From Bugula neritina (taxonomy: Eukaryota; Animalia; Bryozoa), in NCBI GenBank assembly GCA_964035545.1, contig OZ037769.1:10322633-10386632 (forward strand): 64,000 nt of DNA, read 5' to 3'. Shown here one piece after another: positions 36,661 through 51,964 of the stretch. How positions within the stretch are numbered: the first letter of the stretch is position 1; every line of letters begins with the position of its first letter. Made by a program: the position numbers and the translations under genes. The notes beneath the pieces were generated by a model, which was not told the origin of the DNA, ran no database searches, and saw only the letters and a program-made list of their open reading frames with translations.

Positions 36661-39600
36661 TTCAACAGTTTTAAAATAATTTTGTGGTATCAGGTTCCTT
36701 TAGTTTGAAAAATAAAATAGACCAGCCAATTAAAGAAATTTATGTTATTTATTTCCTACATATTATTACCATATTTTGCATTATTAAAAAATGTCTACAC
36801 TAAGTAATGACATCACTATTGAATGGGTAAATACAAAGTTTGAATCAAAAGTAGCTTGAATGATATTGAAACATTCGCATGAACATTAATAGTCAATTTA
36901 TAGACTATATTTGACTCAAAAATACTTCAACTATTTGCTGAAAAATCCTTTTGTTAGTAAGTATCTAAATTTTTACTATAGTTGTTACACAGTAAGTTTC
37001 AGGCTCTGTTGAAAACTCTGTTAACGGGAAATTATATAGAAGTTTGTCAATTTAACGCCTTGTAAGTTTTATGTAGCTTGCAAATTCAGTCACAATGAAG
37101 AAATAATATATATCAATCTTATGCAGTTTTTGTGATATTCTCTATGTAGAATTTCAAAAGTCCATATAGTAGTATAGAATTTTGTTTATATATTATTTTA
37201 CAGATAGCATTGTTATAACATCTCTATCTATGCAAGACACTGAAGTGCTATAGCAACATATTCGTGTGCAGGTTTGCATGTTTGAATGATACTCAGATAT
37301 CCATAGTCTCCTTACTTTGCTCTTTAGTGATAAATGAAACTGCAGGTATGTCTGCTCTTGTGACAGTTTAGTACAAAGCACAGTTAAACAATATATATTA
37401 GTACTTTAGTCAATTTAGACATCCTACTGTAAATACACGTACAACTGAAACATAATCATTTTTTTAATATAAAAACTTCTGTGCTTTTACCTGTTTACTT
37501 TTTGAAAGAAAAATTAAATGAATTCAAAAGGTTTCCTGGTGTATTTAACTATATTTTGAGGAGAACTTAAATCACACTAGTTCATCTTGTCTGTTACAGC
37601 TACTTGTTATAGTAAAATGAGGATACATTAACTTGTAAATGGAAACTTCCCAAAATATTGTGTACTAGTTTGTTTTAGGCTTCACATTTTATAGTCGTGA
37701 GAATTATTAAACCCAATCTAATGATTGAAACGAAGGACCAAAAGTTTGATGAAATACAACTTATTTTTTATTTGGCAAAACTACTAGACGTAACTAATCT
37801 AAGCAAATGTTGTCTAGTACTTATACACACGGTATATCTTTTGTTAGAATAGAATAGATTGCATATAGCAATTTTACTAGAATGTAATAATGTTGTGAAT
37901 TGATGTAGGTAGATCACAATATGTGTGAGTTATTGAGATTAGAACATAGGATGTTATCTGTTTATCCAAATCAACAGTCCCAGTATGATGCAATCAAATA
38001 TCTATTGTATGCCAGTTGGTAAATCAAATGCCCAATCCTAAGATTAATAACGTTACATAAGTAAAGAAATGAGTACGAAATTAAAATCTACTAAATTAAT
38101 TAAGCCGGTTCCACAAATAAACTTGTGAGGCTGGAGCAGGCTAGTCTATATATATGCTCACAGCCTTCTTACTGGTGTAGAGGTAGCATATACAGTCAGG
38201 TGATCACCAGCCAATCAAATTGGTAGTATTTTATTTTATGATAATTTTGATAACTAAATGTTTTGCAGTCAGCCGAAATCCAGAAGAAAGACATCTCTAG
38301 ACATGCTGAAAACTGCTGCTTTTAAATGCTTGATTGGCTGAAACAGCTGATATTTCCTGTTTGAGAGATCTTTTCATAAGCAACATACCCCAAGGTAGTG
38401 ACAGTTAAACCAGCTGCATGCAACAACAAAGTCTATCTTCTGCAGAGTGCTGTGTTTCTGCATGTTATTATAAGTAAACTGAACTTCTCAAATAAGTTGG
38501 ATGACTGGAACGCACGGATTTAACAGAGATGTAAACAACTGTTGCTATACTTCATAGATCTGCCACTGTCTCACTTTAGCTCGTCTTAACTAGCTACTCT
38601 TCTCGAAGGATTAATTGATGACAGGCTAATGCATTTATTAATAAATTTTGCTTCGGATTCCAATAAAAAAGATGCATTAAGACACTGCAGTTAAACTCAT
38701 CAAACCTGATAAAATAAATACGTATGCATGGGCAATGAAAATTATCTACAATGCAGATGAATTTAATCAATTAATTAAAACAGTCTTTATTTTCACTACA
38801 ATCTGGAGTCATAACATGTAATAAAATCTACTTACTATAATAATCAATGTCTGTGGGTGGCCTCCACTCCAATACTATGAGATACATTTCTTCACTGTTA
38901 TGATGCAAGGTCCGGTCTGATGGAATGTCGTCCCTAACAACGGGAACCATTCAGCTAAACTCTTCAAACCCGACGCCTGTAGAAGTGGTTGCTCTCATGA
39001 TGATCAAGATTTTACAGACAGGGTTAAGCCAGTATGATGCTTAAAAGAGTGTTTTATAAGCAGCATACCCTGTTGCAGTGGCAGCTAGTTTGGCAGCAAC
39101 AACAATACCAAGTTTCTTGATGATACTGAGCTTCTGTAAGGAAATAACCTAATTTCTGCAAAGGTGCATAAGCACGATTATAACACAAAACAAAGTTGCT
39201 GGTAAGCATTAATGCAAGATATGAAGAAGATGAAAGTGTACTGTTATACCTCCTTCATAGGTCTGCCACTGCCTTATATCTGCTTGTCTCAGCTGGCTAC
39301 CCTGCTCGATGGATTGGATTAGAGATTGTTGTTTCTCAACCACTTCTACAAACAACTGTTGCTATACTTTATAACTCTGCCACTGCCTTACGTTGGCTCG
39401 TCTTAACCAGTTACTCTTCTCAATGAATTTGATGAGAGGTTGATGTTTCAGCGAGACTCATAGTAACAACTATGCCCACTTTCTTTGTTGTGCTATATTT
39501 TTATAGGTCTGCCACTGCTTTATATCTGCTTGTCTCCGCTGACCACCCTGCTCGATGGATTGGACTACGGGTTGTTGTTTCTCAACCACTTCTACAAACA

Positions 39601-42600
39601 TTGAGATACACAGCTGACACACTGACAATATACTAACCTAATACTTTTAACATGTACTATACTGTTACTATGGTGAGAATACTAATAAGAACACTGCATT
39701 AACATTTGGCCATGCTGACATACTACAATATTATACATGTATTCGTTAGTGACTTGATACATTCTAACACTGTTGCTTTGCTAGCACGTTCTTATCAGCT
39801 TGGCACCTCAAAACCACAACTATTTACTTACCTACTATAGTGGGAAGGCTCCAGATTGTTGTCCCCCTTCTGGAGAGATGGTTCATATTGAGTAGCTGGT
39901 CCCTCATATTGAGAGAGTACACCAGTCTACTTTCTTCTCACAATTTTCAGCGCAGCTGTTCTTTCTTCATTGCCTGCACTGTGGTATTCACTACCGCATT
40001 ATCATAGGCATCTATAAAAAAAACTCGTATCAGATTTATCTTAATTAATATACAATTTTTTTAAAAATATGCATGCTTTTCCTGTTTTTGTTGAATTTTT
40101 ATACAATTGTTCAAAGGTATTTTTTTGCATTGTCTCTAGTACATTATTTAAGGTTAGTTATGTATAAATAAATTGTTAGCAACTACAATATTATCTTGAA
40201 TATAATATTATGTTCCATATTTATGATTACATTGCAAATAAATAATCTTCTGATAGAGAATTGTTTAGCTGAATTATAAAAATGTAATTTTACAAGTCAA
40301 GAGTCTCAGCTTATTATATAATTAAACAAATAAAATCCATTTATTGCATGAACTCTGCTAGCTATGTTATATGCTAGAAATTGTGTATATTATGTTCTAA
40401 CAATATTATAAATACATATACATATACATACACATTAGTACACTTTTGACGCTACATATAAGCATGAAACTTAAATTACTGTAGTTTAACTTAAAAAAAC
40501 CTAAAAACAAGTTTTGAGACTTTAAAATAATTCAAGAATATGCACTGTCTGGTTAAAAGAACATGCTGCCAAAGCTCTGAATGCGTATGCATTCTCTGAT
40601 GAAAGTGTAGAAACGTTAAATAACCATGTTACATTTATGGAAGCAATGCAATTCTAGTTTCAATCTGATTGATTTTACTATAATACTCGGAACTAGTAGA
40701 AATCATATTCCGTATTTTATTTTCTATTGTGCCTTTTCATGGTGTTGTTATGGTGGGTTTTTATAGCTTAGAGTTATTGCAAACTCACTGAGTAATATAT
40801 ATATGTGTTTTGTGGCCTTTGGGTTAGTTCAGGGTCGGTATATTGGTACGAGGTACTTGGCTCACGAAATAAATCCAACTCCTGTCAGTCTGTTGCATGG
40901 CTTTTCTGCTGTGTTTGTTCTCTTATGAATGATAGTTGATCCACAGCTTCTACATTTCTCCTTTAAACCATTGCACTAATTTACCTCCTTTACTTCTTGG
41001 CAAGCTGTGATTGACAGCAAAGGTTATCCAACCAAATATTATGATGCATCAAATAACCTTCATAGCTCTTTCCATGCAAGGCTACTAAAGTGTCAAAACC
41101 ATATCATGTTTGAATAAACAAGATCTATAGCACTTCTTTTTAAAATATAAACTTGTAAAGATTGTTCTGAAACATTTCAATATCAACTCTAAATTTACTA
41201 TGTTGACTCAAAATTGTATGAAAAAGACATAATATGATGCATTAAAAAACCTCATTAGCTCTTCTCCAGGCTACTAATTAAGCGTCAAAAGCATATTATC
41301 TTTGGATAAACAAGATCTACAGCAATTTTTTTGAATATGAGTGAAGCTAGTTCTGAAATATTTCTATATTAATGCTAAATTTACTATATTGACTCGAAAT
41401 TGTAGTAAAAATAATAAAGTCAAGTAATTTTCTAAAATATGTTTGTAGATAATATAACTAGTTTTCCTTTGATGTGTATGTTTTTCTATCTCACTTTATA
41501 AATACTGAACAAAATATGAATCCCCAGTAAATAATTAGTTATTTAAGGGTGGTGTCACACTTTTAACAATGACTGTAACTAGTAGGCATTTCCTCAATGT
41601 CGGCAAGCCGGATAGAAGTTGGTTTCTTTTGTTTGATGTAGACATGTTGGGTCTGTATAAAATAAAAGAACATTGCCTTAAGCATAGACTGCATTGTTTG
41701 GTAATGGTGTTGAATGGTTTTGCTGTTTCTAAATATATTTCAACTTATATTGTGTTACATATTGTTGTTGGGTGCAAAAATGCATTTGCCAGGTTCGGCT
41801 TGATTCGCCTTCTATTTGTTTTGAAATGATAATTTATGGTTGGCATATGTCCGCCCTTGAATTAGGCCAATGTGTTGTGCATGTTCAATTTCAGCAGTTT
41901 ATACTGTTCATGCTTGATAGACAACTCACTCTCCTGGCAGTTTCAACTGGTGGCTCGGGTTTGTTGCTTTGCTTTTCTAAGATTCTATTGTCATGGGCGT
42001 TTATTGTCTATTTATATTTGGCATGAAACTAAACCTAACTTTAACATTGCTTTTGTTGATGAAGTTATTGAGTGGTTGTTTTAGAAATTATTCTTTATTC
42101 ATCATTTTAAAAAATATTCTTGTAATTTTTGTAGTTGCATTATATGAATGGTAATTCAATATAAAAGAATAAATATAATAAAAGTCAAACATACTAAATC
42201 TTCATGCCTGAGGTATATTATGTTTAAGCTTAGCGTAGCTATGCTTAAGCATATACCTCAGGCGTGTTGAGCATTTTTAAAACAATTTTGTGGTATCAGA
42301 TTCATTTAGATTGAAAAATAAAATAGACCAGCCAATTAAAGATATTTATGTTATTTATTTCCTAAATATTATTTTACAATATTTTGCATTATTAAAAAAA
42401 TGTCTACACAAAGTAATGACATCACTATTAAATAAGTGAAGCCAAAGCTTGGATCAAAAATCTTTGAAAGACATTGAAACATTTGCATGAACATTAATAA
42501 ACATTTCCATATACCATTTGACTAGAAATACTTCAACTATCTGCTGAAAACATCTTTTTGTTAGTAAGTATCTATAAATTTCATACACTGATTTTCAGGC

Positions 42601-43291
42601 TCTGCTACAAACTCTGTTAATGGAAAATGTATGTTGTACATTGTCAAATTAGAAAATTTAGTCACAATGAAAAACTAATATATCAAGGTTATGTATTGTA
42701 CATGATCTATATAGGTTTTTATAAGTTTATACGGCAGCTTGAAAATTCAGTCACAATGAAGAAATAATATATATCAATATTATGCAGTTTTTGTGATATT
42801 CTTTATGTTGAATTTTAGAAGTCTATATAGTAGTATAAAGTATTGTTTATACATTATTTTGCATATAGCATTGTTATAGTATCTTTATGCAAGACACTGA
42901 AATGCTATAGCAACATATTCGTGTGCAGGTTTGCATGTTTGAATGATACTCAGATATCTATAGTCTCCTTACTTTGCTCTTTAGTGATGAATGAAACTGC
43001 AGGTATGTCTGCTCTTGTGACAGTTTAGTACAAAGCACAGTTAAACAATATATATTAGTACTTTATTGTACTCAAGTACATTTTGATATCCTATTGTATA
43101 TACACGTACAACTGTAACATAGTTATTTTTTTAATATAAGAGCTTCTGCTTTTTTACCTGTTAACTTTTTGAAAGGAAAACTAAAGGAATTTAACAAGGT
43201 TTTCTAGTGTATTTAACTATTCGAGGAAAACTTGAATCACACTAGTTTATCTTGTCTGTCACAGCTACTTGTTATAGTAAAATGGTAATAC

Positions 43292-43700
43292 TGTAGTGAA
43301 TTTTGCCAGTTCACTATTATTATGTGTGGGTCTACTTAAACAAAGCCACTGCGACAGGTTGTTTACGATAAGATACTTTATTATTTACACAAAATACAAG
43401 AAGGTTATTTACTGCTAGCATGAATAGAAAACGATTACATAATTAGTGAGCTTTAATACACAACTGTTCTAAATGAAGTCCCAAGCTGCTCTGCCGGCTA
43501 GCTACTCAGCGCACTGCAACTACGAGTAGCTAGCTCCACCTGCTATCAATTAGTGTGACTGTCTTGATTGGTGGTTACTAGTGGTGCCACTGCTGTCCAT
43601 AGCTACACTCCGACAGTGTCGAACTTACAAGATAATAAACAATATGAAGTGAACCTTTTCGATTAATACAATAATACTTGCACCACTAAAATCTACCACA
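43292..43700. mobile_element. Solo LTR (409 bp) inserted in unit 2 only
   Basis: TGTAGT...ACCACA termini; TSD ATAC; empty sites (atacattaacttg) in units 1 and 3. Confidence 0.88.
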
Positions 43701-46700
43701 ATACATGCATTAACTTGTAAATGGAAATTTCTCAAAATATTTTGTACTAGTTTGCTTTAGGCTTCACATTTTATAGTCGTGAGAATTATTAAACCCAATC
43801 TAATGTTTGAAACGAAGGACCAAAAAGTTTGATGAAATACAACTTATTTTTTTATTTGGCAAAACTACTAGACGTAACTAATCTAAGCAAATGTTGTCTA
43901 GTACTTATACACACTGTATATCTTTTGTTAGAATAGAATAGATTGCATATAGCAATTTTACTAGAATGTAATATTGTTGTGAATTGATGTAGGTAGATCA
44001 CAATATGTGTGAGTTATTGAGATTAGAACATAGGATGTTATCTGTTTATCCAAATCAACAGTCCCAGTATGATGCAATCAAATATTTATTGTATGTTGGT
44101 TGGTAAGTCAAGTGCCCAATCATAAGATTAATAACGTTACATAAGTAAAGAAATGAGTAATAAATTAAAATCTACTAAATTAATTAAGCCGGATCCACTA
44201 ATAAACTTGTGGGGCTGGAGCAGGCTAGTCTGAATAATATATGCTCACAGCCTTCTTACTGGTGTAGAGGTAGCATATACAGTCAGGTGATCACCAGCCA
44301 ATCAAATTGGTAGTATTTTATTTTATGATAATTTTGATAACTAAATGTTTTGCAGTCAGCCGAAATCCAGAAGAAAGACATCTCTAGACATGCTGAAAAC
44401 TGCTGCTTTTAAATGCTTGATTGGCTGAAACAGCGAAAGTGTCCTGTTTGAGAGATCTTTTCATAAGCAACATACCCCAAGGTAGTGACAGTTAAACCAG
44501 CTGCATGCAGAAACAAAGTCTATATTCTGCAGAGTGCTAAGTTTCTGCATGTTATTATAAGTAAACTGAACTTCTCAAATAAACTGGATGACTGGAATGC
44601 ATGGATTTAACAAATATTTAAAGAACTGTTGTTATACTTCATAGATCTGCCACTGTCTCACATTGGCTAGTCCTAACTAGCTACTCTTCTCGGAGGATTA
44701 ATTGATAACAGGCTAAGGTATTTACAAATTAATTTTGCTGCAGATTCCAATAAAAAAGATGCATTAAGACACTGCAGTTAAACTCATCAAACCTGATAAA
44801 ATAAATACGTATGCATGGGCAATGAAAATTATCTACAATGCAGATGAATTTAGTCAATATATTAAAACAGTTTTTAATTTCACTGCAATCTGGAGTCATA
44901 ACATGTAATAAAATCTACTTACTATAATAATCGATATCTGTGGGTGGCCTTCAGTCCGGCACTACGAGATATATTTCTTCCCTATTGGCCTGGATGGTTC
45001 AGTGGCCTGGATGGTTCATGGTGGCCTCCACTCCGATACTATGAGATACATTTCTTCGCTGTTATGCTGCAAGGTCCTCTCTAATGGAATGTCCTCCCTA
45101 ACAATGGGAACCATTCAGCTAAACTCTTCAAACCTGATGCCAACAGAAGTAATTGCTCTCAGGATGACCAAGATTTTACAGACAGGGTTGAGGCAGTATG
45201 TTGCTTAAATTAGTGCTTTATAAGCAACATACCCTGTTGCAGTGGCAGCTAGTTCGGCAGCAACAACAATACCAAGTTTCTTGATGGTACTGAGCTTCTG
45301 TAAGGAAATAATTTAAGTTCTGCAAAGGTGCATAAGCACGATTATAACACAAAAAAAAGTTGCTGTTAAGCATTATTGCAAGATATGAAGAAGATGAAAG
45401 TGTACTGTTATACGTGCTTCATAGGTCTGCCACTACCTTATGTCTGTTTGTCTCAGCTGGCCACCCTGCTCGATGGATTGGATTAGGGATCACTGTTTTT
45501 CAACCACTTCTACAAACAACTGTTGCTATACTTTATAGATCTCCCACTGCCTCACATTGGCTCGTCTCAACCAGCTACTCTTCTCAATGGATTTGATGAG
45601 AGGTTGATGTTTCCGTGAGACCCACAGTGACAACTATGCCCACTTTTTTTATTGTGCTGTATTTTTATAGCGTCTGCCACTGCCTTATATCTGCTTGCCT
45701 CAGCTGGCCACCCTGCTCGATGGATTGGATTAGGGGTTGTTGTTTCTCAACCACTTCTACAAACCTTGAGATACACAGCTGACACACTGACAATATACTA
45801 ACCTAATACTCTTAACATGTACTATACTGTTACTATGGTAAGAATACTAATAGGAACACTGCATTAACATTTGGCCATGCTGACATACTACAATATTATA
45901 CATGTATTCGTTAGTGACTTGATACATTCTAACACTGTTGCTTTGCTAGCACGTTCTTATCAGCTTGGCACCTCAAAACCACAACTATTTACTTACCTAC
46001 TATTGTGGGATGACTCCAGATTGTTGTCCCCCCTTCTGAAGAGATGGTTCATGTTGAGTAGCTGGTCTCTCATATTGAGAGAGTACACCAGTCTCCCTTC
46101 TTCTCACAATTTTCAGCGCAGCTGTCCTTTCTTCATTGCCTGCACTGCGGTATTCACTACCGCATTATCATAGGCATCTATAAAAAAATTTGCATCAGAT
46201 TTATCTTATTATACAATTTTTTTCAAAATATGCATGCTTTTCCTGCTTTTGTTGAATTTTCATACAATTGTTCAAAGGTATTTTTCGCATTGTCTCTAAT
46301 ACATTATTTAAGGTTATTTATGTATAAATAAATTGTTAGCAACTACAATATTATCTTGAATATATTATGTTCCATATTTATGATTACATTGCAAATAAAT
46401 AATTGCTTGACAGAGTACTGTTTAGCTGAATTATAAAAATGCAATTTTACACATTAAGAGTCTCAGCTTATTATATAATTGAACAAATAAAATCCATTTA
46501 TTGCATGAACTCTGCTAGCTATATTATATGCTAGAAATTGTGTATATGTTCTAACAATATTATAAATACATACATATACATGCACATTAATACATTAATA
46601 TTGACAGCAAAGGTTATCCAATCAAATATTACGATGCAATAAATAACCTCCATAGCTCTTCCCATGCAAAGCTACTAAAGTGTCAAAACCATATCACGTT

Positions 46701-49700
46701 TGAATAAACAAGATCTATAGCACTTCTTTTTAAAATATAAACTTGTAAAGATTGTTCTGAAATATTTCAATTTCAACTCTAAATTTACTATGTTGACTCA
46801 AAATTGTATGAAAAATAATAAAGTCAAGTAATTTTCTACAATAGTTTTGTAGATAACATGACTAGTTTTCTATCGAAATGTATATTTTTCTATCTCACTT
46901 TATAAATATTGAACAAAATATGAATCCCCAGTAAAGGATTAATTATTTATGAGTGGTCTCATAATTTTAACCATGATTTATAGCTAGTCCACATTTTCTC
47001 AATGTTGGCAAGCAGATAGAAGATGGTTTCTTTTGTTTGATGTAGACATGTTGGGTTTGTATCAAATAAAAGAACATTACCATAAGCATAGACTGCATCG
47101 TTTGTAATGGTGTTGCATGGTTTTGCTGTTTTTAAATATTTTCCAACTTATAGTGTGCTCAATATTGTTGTTGGTTGCAAAAATGCATTTGCCAGGTTCG
47201 GCTTGATTTACCTTCTCTTTGTTTTGAAATGATAATTTATGGTTGGCATATGTTCAGCCTTCAATTGAGCCAATGTGTGGTGCATGTTCAATCTCAGCAG
47301 TTTATACTGTTCGTGCTTGATAGACAACTCACTCTCCTGGCAGTTTCAACTGGTGGCTCGGGTTTGTTGCTTTTGCTTTTCTAAGATTCTATTGTCATGG
47401 GCGTTTATTGTCTATTTATATTTGGCATAAAACTAAACCTAACTTTAACATTGCTTTTGTTGGTGAAGTTATTGAGTGGTTGTTTTATAAATTCTTCTTT
47501 ATTCATCATTTTAAAAATATTCTTGTAATTTTTGTAGCTGCATTATATGAATGGTAATTCAATATAAAAGAATAAATATAATAAAAGTAAAACATATTAA
47601 ATCTTCACGCCTGAGGTATATTATGTTTAAGCTTAGCGTAGCTATGCTTAAACATATACCTCAGGCGTGTTGAGCATTTTTAAAATAATTTTGTGGTATC
47701 AGATTCATTTAGATTAAGTAATAAAATAGACCAGCCAATTAAAAATATTTATGTTATTTATTTCCTAAATATTATTTTACAATATTTTGCATTATTAGAA
47801 AAATGTCTACAGAAAGTAATCACATCACTATTGAATAAGTGAAGCCAAAGCTTGGATCAAAAATCTTTGAAAGACATTGAAACATTTGCATGAACATTAA
47901 TAAACATTTCTATATACCATTTGACTAGAAATACTTCAACTATCTGCCGAAAACATCTTTTTGTTTGTAAGTATCTATAAATTTCATACACTGATTTTCA
48001 GGCTCTGCTACAAACTCTGTTAATGGAAAATTTATGTTGTACATTGTCAAACTAGAAAATTTAGTCACAATGAAAAACTAATATATCAAGGTTATGTATT
48101 GTACATGATCTATATATAGGTTTTTATATGTTTATACGGCAGCTTGAAAATTCAGTCACAATGAAGAAATAATATATATTGATATTATGCAGTTTTTGTG
48201 ATATTCTTTATGTTGAATTTTAGAAGTCTATATAGTAGTATACAGTATTGTTTATATATTATTTTACAGATAGCATTGTTTTATTAACATCTCTATTTAT
48301 GTAAGACACTGAAGTGCTATAGCAACATATTCATGTCTGGGTTTGCATGTTTGAATGATACTCAGATATCTATAGTCTCTTTACTTTGCTCTTTAGTGAT
48401 GAATGAAGTTGCAGGTATGTCTGCTCTTGTGACAGTTTAGTACAAAGCACAGTTAGACTATATATATTAGTACTTTAGTCAATATTGACATCCTACTGTA
48501 AATACAAGTACAACTGCAACATGATCATTTTTCTAATATAAAAACTTCTGCGTTTTTACCTGTTCACTTTTTGAAAGGAAAACTAAAGAAATTTAACAAG
48601 GTTTCCTGGTGTATTCAACTATTTGAGAAGAACTTAAACCACACTAGTTCATCTTGTCTGTCACAGCTACTTGTTATAGTAAAATGGGAATACATTAACT
48701 TGTAAATGGAAACTTTACAAAATATGTTGCACCAGTTTGCTTTAGGCTTCACATTTGATAGTTGTGAAAATAATTATACACTTTTCCAGTTATCAAATTT
48801 TCATGCAAGAAAGCAGGTTGAAACAAATGACCAAAAAGTTTAATATACTAGAATGTAACATTGTTGTGAATTGATGTAGGTAGACCACAATATGTGTGGG
48901 TTATTGAGATTAGAACATAGGATGTTATCTGTTTATCCAAAGCAACAGTCTGAGTATGATACAATCAAATATTTATTGTATGCTGAATGATTAATCATGT
49001 GCCAAATTCATAAGATTAAAAACATTACATAAGTAAAGAAAAGGGTACAAAATTATAATCTACTAAATTAGGCCAGGTCCACTAATAAACTTGTGAGGCT
49101 GATGCAAGGCTAGTCTATATATATGCTCGCAGCCTTCTTACTGGTGTAGAGGTAGCATATATAGTCAGGTGATCGCCAGCCAATCAAATTGATAGTATTT
49201 TATTTCATGATAATTTTGATAACTAAATGTTTTGCAGTCAGCCGAAATCCAGAAGAAAAGCTGATGTAGACATTTTAAATACCTGGTTGGCTGAAACAGC
49301 TGAAGTTTCCTGTTTGATGGATCTTTTCATAGGCAACATATCTCAAGGCTGTGACAGTTAAACCAACTGCATGCAGCAACAATATCTATCTTCTTGCAGA
49401 GTACTGAGTTTTTGCATGTTATTATAAGTAAACTGAATTTCTCAAATAAATTGGATGGCTGGAACGCATGGATTTAACAGTAATGTAAAAAACTGTTGCT
49501 ATACTTCATAGATCTGCCACTGCCTCACATTGGCTCGTCTTAACCAGCTCCTCTTCTCAATGGATTTGATGAGAGGTTGATGTTTCCGTGAGACCACAGT
49601 GACAACTATACCCACTTTTTTTGTTGTGCTGTATTTTTATAGGTCTACCACTGCCTTATATCTGTTTGTCTCAGCTGGCTACCCTGCTCGATGGATTGGA

Positions 49701-51289
49701 TTAAGGGTTGTTGTTTCTCAACCACTTCTACAAACATTGAGATACACAGCTGACACACTGACAGTATACTAAACTAATACTCCACTCCGGTACTATGGAC
49801 ATATTTCCTTACTATTTGCTCTCATGGTGACCAAGATCTTACAGGCTGGGTCGAGCCAGTTGCTTAAAAAGTGCTTTATAAGCAGCATACCCTATTGCAG
49901 TGGCAGCTAGTCGGAGAGCAACAACAATACCAAGTTTCTTGATGGTACTGAGCTTTTGTAAGGAAATAATTTAATTTCTGCAAAAGTGTAAAAGAACGAT
50001 TACAGAACAAAACAAAGTTGCAAGTAAGCAATAATGCAAGATATGAAGAAGATGAAAGTATACTGTTATACGTGCTTTATAGGTCTACCACTGCCTTATA
50101 TCTGTTTGTCTCAGCTGGCTACCCTGCTCGATGGATTGGATTAAGGGTTGTTGTTTCTCGACCACTTCTACAAACATTGAGATACACAGCTGACACACTG
50201 ACAATATACTAAATTAATACTCTTGTGATGTACTAAATTTTGACTATGGTGAGAGTACTAAATAAGAGCACTGCATGAACATTTGGCCATGGTGACATAC
50301 TACAAGGTTTCATGTATTTGTTAGTGACTTGATACATTCTAATGCTGTTGCTTCGTTATCATGTTTTTTATCAGCTTGGTATCTCAACAACACAACTATT
50401 GACTTACCCACTTTTGTGGGATGACTCCAGATTGTTGTCCCCTTTCTGCAGAGATGGCTCATGTTGAGTAGCTGGTTTCTCATGTTGAGAGAGTACACCA
50501 GTCTACCTTCTTCTCACAATATCCAGTGCATGCACCTGTTTCTTCTCCATAGCCTGCACTGTGGTATTTACTACCTCATTACCACAGGCATCTACAAAAC
50601 AATTTCAGATCAGATTATTTTAAATATACGTTTCTTTAAAAATATACATGTTTTTCCTGTTTTTGTTAAATTTTTATACAGTTGTTCAAAAGGAATTTTA
50701 TGCATTGTCTCAATCATAATTTGAGGTTAGTTATGTATAACTAAAATGTTTGTAACTAGACTATTATATTGAGTATGTTTTCTATATTTATTTTGTGATT
50801 TTTTGAGCGACTTTTCACAACACATTATAAAAAAATAATTATTTGACAGAGAATTGTTTAGCTGAATTATGCAAATGTAATTTCACAATTTAAGGGTTTT
50901 GGCTTATATAATTCAACAAATAAAATCCATATATTGCAAGCAATCTGCTATAACTATATCATATGTTGGACATTTTGTATGTTTTAGCAATAATAAAAAT
51001 TTATACATACATACACATTGATACACTTTTGAAACTACATACGTGTACAACCGTAAAAACTTAAACTACTATAGTTTATTTGAAAATACCTAAACACAAA
51101 TTTTGAGACTTTAAAATAATTCAAGAATATGTAATGCATGGTTAAAAGAACATGCTGCCAAAGCTCCGAATGCATTCTATGATGAAAGTGTATAAACGTG
51201 AATGACCTATTCTATTTATTATGAGAACAAAGCAATTCTAGTTTTAGTATAAATCATTTTTCTATAATCATATTTTTAGTAATACACAA

Positions 51290-51507
51290 AAAAAACTCAT
51301 GCAAGTTTATAGTCGCTATCCCTGTGAGAAATTTCTGTTGAAAAGGGGTTTTATTAGAACAGGCTAAGGACTTGTTCAAATGAGGCACAGGAGCAATTAT
51401 GACTGAATGCTCTTCCTAACATCACCAACGGCCTTTGTCGAGGTTCGAACCCATGACTTCATGTTCACAAAGCACACGCTTTAACCCCTATAGCACGGCT
51501 GCTCCCT
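51290..51507 (-). mobile_element. tRNA-derived SINE, full length
   Basis: Minus strand: gggagcagccgtgctataggggttaaagcg (A box), ggttcgaacc (B box), tail tataaacttgcatgagtttt. Confidence 0.85.
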
Positions 51508-51964
51508 ATTTTAGTAATACTCAGAACTAGTTGAAATAATATTCTGTATTTTATTTTCTATTGTGCATATCCATGGTATTGTTATGGTGGGTTTTTACAA
51601 TTTAGAGTTATTGCAAACTCACAGAATAATATATATGTGTATTGTGGCCTTCGGGTTAGCTCATGGTCAGCCAGGCTTACGAGATAACTGCAAGGCCTGT
51701 CTGTCTGTACGTGGCACAGTTAGGACTCCAGGTTAGGGTAGCCGTCTGCTGTTCAATCTCAGCAGTTTTTACTGAAGCTTAATAGGCAACTCACTCTCCT
51801 GTCAGTTTCCGTTTAGGGGGCAACTTTCTTTTGTGCAGCTTCAGTTTCAATTGGTGGTTTGAGTTTGTTGCTTTTGCTAAGATTATATTCTATTGATTCT
51901 AACACACCCACCGGCATGCACACACATATATTTGGTATTGATACTATATCGGATATAATAGGTC

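Larger units (their letters stand above)
36395..51900. repeat. Tandem triplication of a ~5.4 kb unit (~36395-42165, ~42166-47565, ~47566-51900)
   Basis: Long collinear shared blocks, e.g. tatacctcaggcgtg at ~36650/42255/47660 and tcagccgaaatccagaag at ~38270/44355/49240; the third copy is more diverged and rearranged. Confidence 0.93.

Noticed and set aside
39196-39426. Plus-strand ORFs repeated in each unit (39196, 45360, 50018; 41772, 47175)
   Set aside because: Non-ATG starts, variable ends and no recognisable domain; recurrence is explained by the triplication.
40596-40632. CTGATGA...GAAAC hammerhead-like core
   Set aside because: No stem II pairing (aagtgta), and the core is not kept in the unit-3 copy at ~51178.
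51425-51507. Functional tRNA gene
   Set aside because: A/B boxes lead into a SINE body shared by three diverged copies; no complete cloverleaf.
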